From Octopus sinensis (Eukaryota): a stretch of 64,000 nt of DNA. Both the position numbers and the translations under genes were made by a program. Shown here piece by piece: positions 41,330 to 54,622 of this stretch (position 1 is the stretch's first letter; the number at the start of each line of letters is the position of its first letter). A model generated the notes under the pieces. The model had not been told where the DNA came from, ran no database searches, and saw only the letters and a list, made by a program, of their open reading frames with translations. The stretch is from contig NC_042997.1 of assembly GCF_006345805.1 (NCBI RefSeq), positions 75,144,001-75,208,000 of the forward strand, written 5' to 3'.

Positions 41330-42110
41330 GATCTGAGCCAAATCCAAGTCTCTTTTGATCAATTTGCATGGTACCCATCATATTTCAGTGTTTAAGTGAA
41401 GACAGGATGTCATCAGTTTCTACTTATGCATTCCTGGCTGTTTTTTCCATCTAGTAGATTATTCCTGATTTGTATATCCTTCGACTTTCTTAGCATCATC
41501 ACTGTTCATGTCTTCCCTGCTTTAAAAATTTTGACAATTGGTATCAGTGGTAATTGCAGTGAGTCCCTTTTATAATAAAGAGCTAAGCTATTCATTATCC
41601 ATGGTGCACCTAGCCATTTCCTAATAAACATATTGCACTTTTGCTCAATGACTTGAACTTGTGACAGTACCACCTTGTATACTAATAGAGGCCACAAAAA
41701 GTGTGGATGTAAGCCAAATTTTAGACACTTTCCTGGTAACTTTGAACCATCAATTACTTTTAGTTCATCATCGATTTGCTTCATAGTCTGCATCCTGTAA
41801 CTTCTGTTTGACAATGTTCTACCATATGCACACCCCAGTCTTGACTATTGGTGTTCTCTCTTTTCTGCTATTCTAAATTTCACTTCTTTCTGCACTCTCC
41901 TAATAAATGTCTGAACCACATTTTTGACCCCTTTATCAGCTCATCTAGCCTTGACAGGGGATTCTGCATGATCTTGCATATGGGCCATTTGTTCTGAAAA
42001 TTCTGTTACTTTCAAAATCATGTCCATGACTAGAGTAAACCACATAACAGATATTGAGCAGCCAGCAGTAATGCCAGTCTCCAGACAGTGCCAGTTAGTT
42101 GTGCCCAAAG
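41330..42110 (-). mobile_element. Degenerate HERO/R2-group non-LTR RT fragment
   Basis: WHCLETGITAGCSISVMWF and LPGK..LWPLLVY..FIRKWLG. Confidence 0.6.
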
Positions 42111-42719
42111 CTGTAATATTATTTCTTCATTAATTTTGTCATTTTCTCCAGTGTATTGTATGTATTTTTTCAGAGAGATTAGCAACTAATAAAACTAATT
42201 TATTATATATCAAATAGAAGTCAGTTCTCATTCCTAATTTATATTTCAGTGCATACACAACTTGATCTGTTAAGAGCTCTGTAATAATTATAAGAGTACA
42301 CCTTCCTCTACACTCAAACATATCAATTCCATGTCTTGATATTGTTACTAAGCTTAGTCTAGATGACAGGGCCAAATCCTTTGCACCTAGGACACAACGC
42401 ATTAATATTAAGGGCAATTAACCTAGTTGTGAATACAAGTCTACAGTCAGACTCACCTGCTCATCTAGATCAGATGGAGAGGGAATTAATAAAAAAAATA
42501 GATAGAATAACCCTTATACTTAAATTTAAACTTACACTTAGCTTATGGTCTGACATGACAAAAGTTATAGTATGGTATTGGAAATTTGGAGATAAGATGT
42601 GGTGTGCAAGAGAGATGACTGCACTGGTATAATCATGTGTTATGTATGGATATACAATTTCTTATACGTAGTTATTATTCTCACTAGAACATCATCTTTC
42701 TCATTGTACTTCACAATCC

Positions 42720-44190
42720 TTTCTCCTAGTGCATTTTTTCGGGGTGACGGGTTTCGACTTGGGGGTGGGGGAGTTTTTCTGTGTGTTTGCGTTTTGTGTA
42801 AATGTTTTTTTTTGTCAAGAGAGAGGAGTCTGGGACATAGGCTTTTTTTCTTTTATGTGAAGTCACTATATTAAATTCCATTTCCTCTTTGGCATCCTTC
42901 TGTTGTGTGTCTTCTACGTTTTGTTTATTCCTTTCTCCCACTTTTCCTGTGATGCTTTCTGTGATGCTTTCCATCGCTTTATTGTTACTTTCTTTTTGGG
43001 GAGGAACTTCAGCCTTTTTCTGTTGTTGATTTTTAAAAATTTTTCGCATTCCGAGCAGAAAGTAACAGAATTTTCAGAACAAATGGCCCATATGCAAGAT
43101 CATGCAGAATCCCCTGTCAAGGCTAGATGAGCTGATAAAGGGGTCAAAAATGTGGTTCAGACATTCTCTTCACACTTAAAACATATGGATCTACGTCCCT
43201 CGACTGATATTCTAGTGCTCAGTCCCTCCCCTATAAAAATGTGGTCTGGCCTCAATTCAAGCACATCGTTTGAGGTTTATACCACCATCTCAAGTGTTTG
43301 GCCATTCCAGTTTAGAGCCTCTCTCTTTTTCATCTGGAGTATTGTTATCTCCTCGTCTGCATCATATATTATGGCTGCTGCCATTCATGTTACATCGTAA
43401 CCAGCTAGTATTTCCTCTATAGTTATTTTTGCAGCTCTCCGGCTTAGGTAGGTCGGGAGCAAAATTATTTCTTCATTTTTTTAGCGTTTGGGTGGATATT
43501 TCCTTTACAATTTTAGTGTTCTCAAATTGCGCCTCAACAATGGCATTTCTTCCTCCTCGACAGACATAGGTAATTTTCTCTAAATGGGGGCAACACACTT
43601 CTCTATCACCTTGTTCTTCACCAGCATAATTCTTTTCTCCTTCCAGTTGTATATCTTGTAGACTACCATTCTGGCAGTTAAGTTTTGTAGCATGTCCTGT
43701 GGTGGCAATAGTTTTGTTTCATTTCCACTATTTTTTTATAAGGTTTAAATAGTTGTGCCTTGGACACCTCCAACTCACAAAAATTTCCACCAACAGCAGC
43801 AGAGAAACTGGGTTTTTCCTTTTCTTCCTGATTAGAAACTTGGTTGTTTTCTTTCATTGCCGGGAAGTCCACGATTGAGTACAAAAAGTCAATATTTGAC
43901 AATAAATTCAATTCCATTTTTACAAATGGCCTCCAAATTCCGGTAAAAGCATAAATATTTTTGTCAAAATGAAAAAATTTACTTTTTACCCTGCAACGAG
44001 TACAAAAACAGTCCAAGAAGTTGTGCAAAAACAATTTTCCGCACCATAGAGCGAAACTTTTCATCGAACGACTACAACAGTTCAATTCCAACAAGAGCTC
44101 AAACAGAAATTTCAACAGATAAATCAACAACAACAAAAATACTTTAACCAAATCAACTCACGAAGCAACAGCAGCCGAACACAGAAGAGT
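42720..44190 (-). mobile_element. Degenerate gag-like ORF1 with broken CCHC knuckle (L1/Tx1-like 5' portion)
   Basis: PSFSAAV near the N-terminus; ISVEGRRSICFKCEE interrupted by an insertion; K/E-rich tail. Confidence 0.45.
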
Positions 44191-44399
44191 GACAAGACTG
44201 TTTTTCTTTATTATGATAATAATTATCTATTACAAACATATAAATGTGCTAAGTTACAAACATATAAATATTATCATTACAAACGCATAAATGTGCTAAG
44301 TGAGTTTATATTTAGAAATTTGATGAATCATATAAATATAAATTTAAAATTTTACACAAACTTATTTTCACAAAATATGGCTGGAGGCCAGCAACTATA

Positions 44400-45590
44400 C
44401 CTCACTTTTACCATGAGTGGAATTAAGTAGGGACAGTCACTCTCAACTTCCTCACAACATCCTTCCATCTTTTCTCATACTTCGCGACAGGTGTCTTCTC
44501 TCCAGCCCTATCTTGCTCTTCAGATGGCACCTGAAGTAGAATAGCAACCCAAGGCAGGAGATGAAGGATCCTGTCATGATTCCTTGCATTCTGGTTCTCC
44601 ATGCACACTCTTTCATTACTGCGACTGTACACAGAAAACATGCCTCAACTTCCTTTGATAGTCCGGTTGGAAGTACAATCTTTATCACAGACTCAGCTGA
44701 TAGTGGACTCTTCCCAGGTGCGACAACGTGAGTTCTACGTAAACCATCAAGCCCGAAAGCTCTGGGCACTGTACAAGAGCATGCAGGACAGTTTCATTGG
44801 CCTGCCTGCACTTTGGGCATGCCGGTGGCACTGATATTCCGTGCCTGGACAATTTATCGTGGACAGGTAACGCATTCTTGTAACACTGCCAGGTCTTTGG
44901 TAATTATCCATATACCCCGTCTGAAGGGTTTTTGAAACAGGTTGGCTAGCTGGTTCTCATCGAACCCTAGAGCCTCTCCTAGGACGTCATCACTCTTATA
45001 TTCTACCATCCCTTTATAAAATATAGAGGTGGTATTCCTGTTGCCGGCCTTACCCACCCTGTATATTACTGCGAGTGCCTTTTGGCATTACTTTTGCCAT
45101 TCAGTCGTATTCTGTCTTTTAATCAAATCGGGTGTAAATTCCTCCAAGGAAGCTGGTTGTGGAAAGAATTCCCCTGCAAGCGAATTCCACATCTGGCTAC
45201 CATCCAGGTAGAGCCAGAGATGCTTTAGCCTCAGTGCATGCCTGCACATCAATAGCCATGGCATCCCTAACCCACCCTTTAGCGAATTAGGGCAAGGGAT
45301 AATGGTCAGATGGTAGGTGATAACAGACGCAATAAACACACCAACTCCACCCTCCCTTTCAGTGACAATGCCCTTCCAAACCAGGTCTGGACTAGGGCCT
45401 CCACCCTGCCTGCCACCTCACTCCAATTCTTTTCCGTCTGGGAATCTGGTCCAAACCAATTTCTGAGCAACTTAACAGGACCATCCGTCCAGTGCATCTA
45501 CACAATGTAACTGAGCTACATTGGACACAGTGATGGTGACGTCATCTGCATATGCAGAAACAGACTTACCACATCCGATTTCATTGGAGC
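44400..45590 (-). mobile_element. Degenerate L1/Tx1-clade ORF2 3' half
   Basis: VSAYADDVT (~45535-45562), W.GRALSLKGR, GGLGMP. Confidence 0.75.
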
Positions 45591-45779
45591 ATAATCACTC
45601 TGTTGAGCCCTTAGATGACTTTTAAGATCAGCTACTGACTGACAGGGTTTAACCACACGAATGACATATTCAAGTTTCTTCTATATCTTTGCACTTTGGA
45701 ATCTGATTCTGAAGGAATGCTTTTGTGAACTAGCATATGTCTTTTAAGTCCAGATATTGTCTTATAAGTTTTTCTTATA

Positions 45780-46140
45780 TATGACACAAGTGTGCGGGCA
45801 TGTATATATGTACATGTGCATGGTTGCATATATATGTGGATGTACATGCATGTATTTCACGCGAATGTGAGTGAGCATATGCATATATAGCAGGTGCATA
45901 TCTAGACATGTATTTGAATATCATTGTACATGTATTGGTATGTGCACATGTGTGTGTGCACGCATGAGTGCAGACATGTATATCTGTACATGTATGGTTG
46001 CATATGTGCATATATTGGTGTATCTGTGGGTGTGCATGTATGAGTTTCACGCAAGTGTGAGTGAGCATATGCATATAGGCACATGTACGTGAGTGTGCAT
46101 GCATGTATTTGTATGTATGTACATGTGCGCATATGCAATT
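45780..46140. repeat. Degenerate (TG/CA/TA) simple repeat
   Basis: Low-complexity purine-pyrimidine alternation. Confidence 0.8.
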
Positions 46141-47270
46141 TCTATGAGCATTTTCACTTTTATACTTTTTTACTTACTCCCCTTCGGTCTATTCCACTTA
46201 TTTAATGGTAATTCTAATAGCTCTTTTGTCTTAATAATGGTGAATTACATAGTAATTTCATTTTGTTTAATGGTCAATCTCATAGCATTTTTTGATTGCC
46301 TTGATAACTGACAAGATGCCAGAGCAGAATTCTGCCCCTACATCCGAAACTCAGAGTTTTATTATGGCAACCAAATAATTGTCACATATTATATTACAGA
46401 TATGTATATATATATTTGTATATATATGTATATATATATCCCGAGACAAAAAGGATGCCAACAAGTATATGTATATATATATATATATTACGTCAGGTCA
46501 CTTTCGAGTGCTACTGGTAACATGTAACCCAGTACAACCTGTTCCATGGTTGGGCCATCGGCGACTAAACCGGCAACACCACCAAGCTTGCTTGGTGAGG
46601 AGGATGTTTATTGGACACCCTGCAGGATGAAAAACAAAACCCGTCAAAGGGTGGAGGAACTCTTGGGAGTCAACGGCCATCCAAAAAATGTGTAATTTTT
46701 TTTTCTTAAGGCTTGAGGCTGTATCATGCGCGGGGACATAGAAATAATCGGACTGAATACCCGATCGCACGCTTAAACCATTGGAAGGGAAGGACTCCTA
46801 GCCCTTGTTAGGGCATCCTTCTAGGAGAAGGTAACTCAGGTAACTGGGATAACTCCAACATAAAACCTGCGGCTCAGTGGTTACCGATGATGTTGACTTG
46901 TTCTTCTTTTCGGATTATGGCTGCTGTTGCTTAATGAGTGGGATTGACTCAGTGCACAGCCTTTCCTCACTTTAAAAAAAATCTTCCTGCACAGGCATTG
47001 CACAATAACAACATTGTTCATGATTTTTTATGGTGCTGTGAGTCTCAACTGAATGGCTGGCTGTAGCCTTAAAAAGCAAATAAAATTCACATTCGATCAC
47101 AGCACCAATAACAGTTAAGCCTCGTGCAATGGCCATACTCGATAATGAGGGGACAGCCACCATCATCATATATATCTATCTAATATAGGATAAAATTTTT
47201 CGAAAAAAATTTTATCAATGGCCAGCATATTAAAAAATACTTTCAAAAGTTAAATTTATAAACAAGGGCG

Positions 47271-47502
47271 CAATGTAGAGGCGCAATGGCCTAGAGGTTA
47301 GGGCAGCGGACTCGCGGTCGCAGGATCGAGGTTTCGATTCTCAGACTGGGCGTTGTGTGTGTTTATTGAGCGAAAACACCTAAAAGCTCTACGAGGCTCT
47401 GGCAGGGGGTGGTGATCCCTGCTGTACTCTTTCACCACAATGGCGGTGTCCCAGCATGGCCACAGCTCAAGAGCTGAAACTGGAAAAACAAAAAAAAAAA
47501 AA
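47271..47502 (+). mobile_element. tRNA-derived SINE with CR1-type 3' end and imperfect TSD
   Basis: A box tggcctagagg, B box ggtttcgattc; 3' cccagcatggccacagctcaagagctgaaact + A-rich tail; TSD aacaagggcg / aacaaaagggcg. Confidence 0.85.
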
Positions 47503-47636
47503 AACAAAAGGGCGAAAGAAAAAATTCTAATGCCAAATATGCCGAAAAAAGTCAAATTGTCAATAACCATATGATTTATCACTATAAATACGTGTCTTGA
47601 AGTAAGCCAACAGAAATTTCTAAAAAATTCCGTTAT

Positions 47637-47695
47637 TACCATATCGGTCCCAATTTCAGAGTTAATTCATAAGAATTTTCTCCTCATCAGTGATA
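47637..47695 (-). ncRNA. Type I hammerhead ribozyme
   Basis: Minus strand: tatca-CTGATGA-ggag(loop)ctct-GAAA-ttgg(ga)ccga-TA-tggta; AUA site. Confidence 0.75.
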
Positions 47696-48188
47696 AATAC
47701 GTAAGACATAAATGAAATACTTACTCATACCCATGGAAGAAGCAAGCAGTAAGTCATGAGCAGACCAAAGTACCCCAAATATATCCAAAATAGAAATACT
47801 TCAGCACACCTCGAGACACGTGCAATTCGAACTGAAAACTCTCACAGGGTGAGAGAGTCCGGAAGTGAACACTATTAAATTTACATCTAACATAGGATAA
47901 AAGTTTTCGAAAAAAATTTATCAATGGCCAGCATATTAAAAAATACATTCAAAGGTTAAATTTATAAACAAGGCCAAAAGAAAAATTTCTAATGCCAAAC
48001 ATGCCGAAAGAAGACAAATTGTCAATAACCATATAATTTATCACTATAAATACGTGTCTCGAAGTAAGCCGACAGAAATTTCTAAAAGATTCCATTATTT
48101 ATTGTGATAAATTATATGGTTATTGACAATTTGTCTTTTTTCGGCATATTTGGCATTAGAATTTTTTCTTTTGTCCTTGTTTATAAAT

Positions 48189-48279
<91 letters not shown>

Positions 48280-48383
48280 CACGCATATATATATATACAC
48301 ACACATATATATACACACACACACATATATATATGCATATATATATACACACATGGATATACACACTCACATATATATAAACA

Positions 48384-49276
48384 CTAGCAGTATAGCCCGG
48401 CTTTGCCCGGGATTAAGCTAATCAAGTTCCTTATTTCAAACTAAACTAGGTAACATCGACGTCAAATTTGGGCGAAATCCGTTGAAATTGGTAAACTTTT
48501 GGCTGAAAATGAGTTGCAGACAACTTGATTGAGTAATCTCATAAGGAATCGGTTTATCGATTTTTTTTCCACTCGTCGATTTTTTTTTTTTTGTTTTTGG
48601 AGAACTTAAAGCATTCAACGATCCCATGAGTCCTAAGTAATGCTGACATCAAGTTTGAACAAAATACATCAAAATTAGTAAAAGTTATGGTTGAAAATGG
48701 GTGTAGCCAATTTTATTGGGAAATCCTATAAGGAATCGAGTTATCGATTTTTATCCTGATTAAATGGAAAACCCCATAAGGAATCAGTTTATTGATTTTT
48801 CACCCCAAATAGGACTTAACCGAACGTGATATTGCTGATTCAAAACATCTATATTTATACTTTACAGTTGGTTTTCACACCCAACCAAGTTCTGCAGAAA
48901 CAGTGTCACGACGGGAATGCATGGGTTGAGAGTTTGATTGGCAGAGGTGATCAGGTTGCACATGCCAACACTTTTTTTCCTCAAGTGAAAAAAAGCAACA
49001 TAACTCTTAACAGAAACTTAGTTGTCGCTAGAGGGGACTTAACTCCTGTTTGTAAACAATGGTGATTTCTCCGACTTGAAAATTGTTAAAAGTTTTGGTT
49101 GAAAATTTATTTTTACTGCTATTAGCTGGTGCCTCCTGGAAAAATAAGTTGACGAAAATACAGCTACGATCATGATGAACGTCCTCCTACAATTGGAGCG
49201 ACATGCATGCTAATTTGTGGACGTGCTTAAATTACATTCACGTACACACACACATCTTGCTTTTTATATATACAGA
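48384..49276 (-). mobile_element. Non-autonomous Helitron
   Basis: Minus strand 5' TCTGTATATATAAA; 3' cccgggcaaagccggg hairpin then CTAG. Confidence 0.75.
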
Positions 49277-49316
49277 TATATATATAAATACATATATATA
49301 TATATATATATATATG

Positions 49317-50620
49317 TTTCCAGTTTGCCTCATGGAAGTTCAAGCTGGAAAGATTCTGTGAGTTTCTTGTAGACTGCATGTCCATGGTTTCCTTTGGCCC
49401 GTACATGGTCAGCTCTACCATGTTGTGATCCGAGAGTAGTGTCGGTGTCACTTTCACATTATGAATAAGATCCATATTATTTGTGAATCTGAGATCCATA
49501 TGTTACCTGCCCTGGTTGGTTGGAGTATTATTTGCTCCATGTACAGAGTGTTGATGAGGTTCAGGAGGGACCTCGCCTGTCCTCATTCGCATCGTGTTAT
49601 TCCTGGGAGAGAAAGGCCCTCGGGCCATCTGACATTGGGCAGATTGAAGTCTCCCATAAGAAGTACACTTATGTGTTGTTCTAATGTGACTAGAACTTCT
49701 ATTTTTATAAGGCAGTCTTCAAACTTGCCTACATGGCTTGGGGCATATGGAGGGCGATATGTACCACACACAACTACACCAAGTTGCCTTATATGTACAA
49801 TTAGTGTGTCACACACCGAATTTGAGTATGACAAAAGGACCTGGGGAGTGGGGTCCTCGCGGATGTACATAGCAACTCCTCCATGACTCCTTTCTTTTCT
49901 GTCGGTCCGTAGTACACATGGTATGTGTATTTCTGCATCTGCTATGTCCGGTTTCAGGTGTGTTTCCGTAAGTGCTATGCATAAGGCTTGATTGCATGCA
50001 ACAAGGTCTCTCAAGAAAGGGATTTTTGTCCTGTTACTGAGTGTTTGCAGTCCTCTGATGTTCAGTAGGAGCATCGAGGTGATGTGTGTGCTGTTGCTGG
50101 TGGTGTCCACCTTGGGTCTATCTGCTGTGGCAGTCTTGTGTATTGTGGATAGTCCCATCTGCAAGTTTGAGTTTGATGGAGCCAGGTTAGCTGCTGTACA
50201 ATCTTTTGTGCCATGCACAAAAAAGATACTTGTTCAGCAGCTGCCCTTTCAATAACATGTTGGTGGTTTGTAGCACGCACCATATCTGCGTACCTCCGTT
50301 TTGGGGCAGGTGGTGCGTGGTCCATTCCTTTTCCTTTTGGCAGTTGGTTTATGCCTTGTTTAATGTTTATGTGGCAGGGTCTTTGGTGTGCAAAACGGCA
50401 GCCTGCACCTTCCTCTCCATGCCAGCAGACACCTTTCGGGTAGAATTTACACATTCGTGTGCGCTGTCTCCTTCTATCCTTTTGGTATATGGATAGTCAG
50501 GTTTGCGTCTATCCTTGGCTGTTTCATCTTTTGGTTTTGTTTGAGTTTTAGTTTTTCCTTCTATGGCTGTTTCATCTTTTGTTTTTCTTTTAGTTTTTCC
50601 TCCTTTTACTTCTTTTTTAT
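49317..50620 (-). repeat. Inverted duplicate of 50721-52024 (CR1 ORF1/APE)
   Basis: Mirror-image ORFs with identical translations; coordinates sum to 101341. Confidence 0.92.
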
Positions 50621-50629
50621 ATACATACA

Positions 50630-50665
<36 letters not shown>

Positions 50666-50720
50666 TACATACATATATATATATGTATGTATATATATAT
50701 GTATGTATGTATGTATGTAT

Positions 50721-53700
50721 ATAAAAAAGAAGTAAAAGGAGGAAAAACTAAAAGAAAAACAAAAGATGAAACAGCCATAGAAGGAAAAACTAAAACTCAA
50801 ACAAAACCAAAAGATGAAACAGCCAAGGATAGACGCAAACCTGACTATCCATATACCAAAAGGATAGAAGGAGACAGCGCACACGAATGTGTAAATTCTA
50901 CCCGAAAGGTGTCTGCTGGCATGGAGAGGAAGGTGCAGGCTGCCGTTTTGCACACCAAAGACCCTGCCACATAAACATTAAACAAGGCATAAACCAACTG
51001 CCAAAAGGAAAAGGAATGGACCACGCACCACCTGCCCCAAAACGGAGGTACGCAGATATGGTGCGTGCTACAAACCACCAACATGTTATTGAAAGGGCAG
51101 CTGCTGAACAAGTATCTTTTTTGTGCATGGCACAAAAGATTGTACAGCAGCTAACCTGGCTCCATCAAACTCAAACTTGCAGATGGGACTATCCACAATA
51201 CACAAGACTGCCACAGCAGATAGACCCAAGGTGGACACCACCAGCAACAGCACACACATCACCTCGATGCTCCTACTGAACATCAGAGGACTGCAAACAC
51301 TCAGTAACAGGACAAAAATCCCTTTCTTGAGAGACCTTGTTGCATGCAATCAAGCCTTATGCATAGCACTTACGGAAACACACCTGAAACCGGACATAGC
51401 AGATGCAGAAATACACATACCATGTGTACTACGGACCGACAGAAAAGAAAGGAGTCATGGAGGAGTTGCTATGTACATCCGCGAGGACCCCACTCCCCAG
51501 GTCCTTTTGTCATACTCAAATTCGGTGTGTGACACACTAATTGTACATATAAGGCAACTTGGTGTAGTTGTGTGTGGTACATATCGCCCTCCATATGCCC
51601 CAAGCCATGTAGGCAAGTTTGAAGACTGCCTTATAAAAATAGAAGTTCTAGTCACATTAGAACAACACATAAGTGTACTTCTTATGGGAGACTTCAATCT
51701 GCCCAATGTCAGATGGCCCGAGGGCCTTTCTCTCCCAGGAATAACACGATGCGAATGAGGACAGGCGAGGTCCCTCCTGAACCTCATCAACACTCTGTAC
51801 ATGGAGCAAATAATACTCCAACCAACCAGGGCAGGTAACATATGGATCTCAGATTCACAAATAATATGGATCTTATTCATAATGTGAAAGTGACACCGAC
51901 ACTACTCTCGGATCACAACATGGTAGAGCTGACCATGTACGGGCCAAAGGAAACCATGGACATGCAGTCTACAAGAAACTCACAGAATCTTTCCAGCTTG
52001 AACTTCCATGAGGCAAACTGGAAACAAATCGAGAAAGAGATCCTCAAACAAAACTGGCTTGAATGTCTCTCCTCGACATACAACTTCAACAATTCATGTG
52101 TGTAATGCAAGCCATATGCTACAAATGTGTCCCAGAGAGAAAGGCCACTGTACACAAGAGCAAAATCCCCAGAGAGAGGAAAATTCTAATGAGACGGCGT
52201 ACAAAAGTTTCAAATCGCCTAAACAAACAAATTGAAGGCAGTGAAAAGTCCCGCCTGAAAATAAAACTGTTGGAAACTGGAAAATGTCTGCAACTCTCCC
52301 ATGAAAAAGAAAGAGCAGACAAAGAAGCCATAAAATCTAACCCCAGAGCTTTCTACAGGTATGCCAAAGAAACAGCTACGGTGCACTGTAGGATAGGGCC
52401 ACTCCTTGCAAAGGACGGCACACTCACAGGAAATCCAATGAGGGTAAGTGAAATACTGAATGAGCAATTCAAGAGTATTTTCACTCCACCCCTAGGGCAT
52501 TTTCAAGTCAGCAATCCAACTGATTTCTTTACTACTGCAGATATAAAATCAAGGGAGCGATGATTGATTACATCATGAAAACTAACTCAGTTACTGGCCC
52601 CAATGGATTCCCAGCAATCCTTCTAAGAGTATGTAAGAGAGTTCTAGCGAGACCACTGCAGTTCTTTCAGAGCTTCCTTGCAGCCGGCAAACTTCCAAGA
52701 AAACTGAAGGAAGGTAAAATATGCCCTATTCATAAAGGAGGTAGCAGAGCGGAGGCCAAGAACTACAGACCTATCTCTCTCACCTCACACATCAGCAAGG
52801 TCATGGAACGAATAGTCAGAAGGAAACTGATCAGCTTCCTTGAACTAAATGACTTGCTGCCTGACACCCAACATGGTTTCCGACCAGGAAGAAGCTGCTA
52901 AACTCAGCTCCTACAACACTATGACTGACTGCTGAAATGACTGCTTAACCACTCAAATGTGGAAGTGATATATCTCGACTTTGCAAAGGCCTTTGATAAA
53001 CTCGATCATGGAATGATATGTCAAAAACTGCGTGATCTTGGCATAGTTGGAAAATTGGAAGAATAGATTCATGACTTTCTGAAGGATAGAAGTCAGGTAG
53101 TAGTAGCCAATGGGGCCACTTCCATTAACACGCAAATAGTGAGCGGTGTTCCGCAAGGCACTGTTTCGGGACCACTACTGTTCATAATGGCCCTCAGAGA
53201 GCCACGATCACAAGTTATGCAGATGAGACAAAAGTTTCACAGGCAATACAGAACTCTGATGACACTATGCACCTGCAATGTGAGCTGGACAAAATCTACA
53301 AGAGGGCTGAAAAGAATAGCATGCAGTTCAATGCTGAAAAGTTTCAAGCTTTATGCTATCAGCATGCAAAACTGAATGCAATACCCAATTAATACACTGG
53401 ACCTGGAGGGATTGCAATCCTAGAGGCAAAATCAGTGCGAGACCTGGGTATTTACATGAGTAATGATACAACCTTTCATGTGCATGTTGCTAAATTGGCA
53501 ATGAAATGTAGGTGGCTGACCGGATAGATTCTTAGAACCTTTATAACAAGAGACCAGGAAACCATGATGGTCCTCTGGAGGACACTTGTCCCAAGCCACT
53601 TTGACTATTGCTCTCAGCTATGGTCACCATCCAGTGTCAAGTTAATCACAGATCTTGAGGCGATCCAACGAAGCTACATGAAGATAGCCTCTGTGCAGCA

Positions 53701-54217
53701 TATAAGCAACTGGGAAAGACTCAAGAGATAAAGACTCTATTCCTTAGAGTGTAGGCGGGAAAGATATGCCATAATATACATCTGGAAGATCCTGGAAGGC
53801 CTTGTCCCAAACTTTGGCATCGAGAGTTACACAAATACTAGAACTGGGCGCCACTGCATGGTGCCAAGGACTCCAAATTTGCCATCAAGATGTAGGACAA
53901 GATACTGTGATAGTCTGGGCTTCTGAGGCCCACAGCTCTTCAATATCCTCCCGAAGAACCTGAGAGACCTGCATGGGGTGGATGCAAGTGTCTTTAAAAT
54001 AAAACTGGATCTCTTCCTGTCAGGTGTCCCAGATGAACTAACTTCACGGCAGGAGGTGCAGATGAGGGCAGCTGCATCGAACTCTCTCATGCATCAAATG
54101 GCAATTGCTAAAAAGCATTCATGAAGTAAAATCATGTAGCAATAACAAATGGTGGTGCCCCAGCATGGCCACAGCTCGTGAGCTGAAACTAGATAAAATA
54201 AAATAAATAAAATAAAA
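50721..54217 (+). mobile_element. CR1-group LINE, degenerate, 5'-truncated within ORF1
   Basis: CKFYPKGVCWHGEEGAGCRFAH; APE and RT motifs with many stops; 3' stem-loop and (TAAAA)n tail. Confidence 0.92.
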
Positions 54218-54230
54218 TATATATATATGC

Positions 54231-54341
<111 letters not shown>

Positions 54342-54424
54342 GGTCCCGGGTTGATCCGGGGTTAACCACAGTAAGTAAGGTACTCAATACATAGCAGAGT
54401 AAAATTAATTTATTATATAGAAGG

Positions 54425-54475
54425 AGCTTCTACAGGACTAGTACTGTTTCATTCAAGAGAAATCTTCAGGAAGCT
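54425..54475 (-). ncRNA. Type I hammerhead ribozyme (full stem III)
   Basis: agcttc-CTGAAGA-t-ttc(tctt)gaa-t-GAAA-cag(tactagtc)ctg-TA-gaagct. Confidence 0.85.
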
Positions 54476-54571
54476 ATTTAACAAGAATTGTATTAGCATT
54501 TATACATTTAGGCAGGTTTAAAGGATTAAACCTGCCTAAATGTATAAATGCTAATACAATTCTTGTTAAAT

Positions 54572-54622
54572 AGCTTCCTGAAGATTTCTCTTGAATGAAA
54601 CAGTACTAGTCCTGTAGAAGCT
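54572..54622 (+). ncRNA. Type I hammerhead ribozyme (inverted copy)
   Basis: Identical motif on the + strand. Confidence 0.85.

Larger units (their letters stand above)
47178..48188 (-). mobile_element. Non-coding hammerhead element (~460-bp unit + partial direct repeat + 5' inversion), interrupted by a SINE
   Basis: 47178-47635 (minus the SINE) is repeated at 47885-48095. ~48103-48188 is an inverted copy. Hammerhead at 47637-47695. Confidence 0.7.

Noticed and set aside
46490-46970. GC-richer segment resembling a retroelement 5' UTR
   Set aside because: No second copy or ORF in the window to support a call.
47279-47352. tRNA gene
   Set aside because: A and B boxes are present but there is no clean cloverleaf; it continues into a SINE body, LINE-like tail and TSD.
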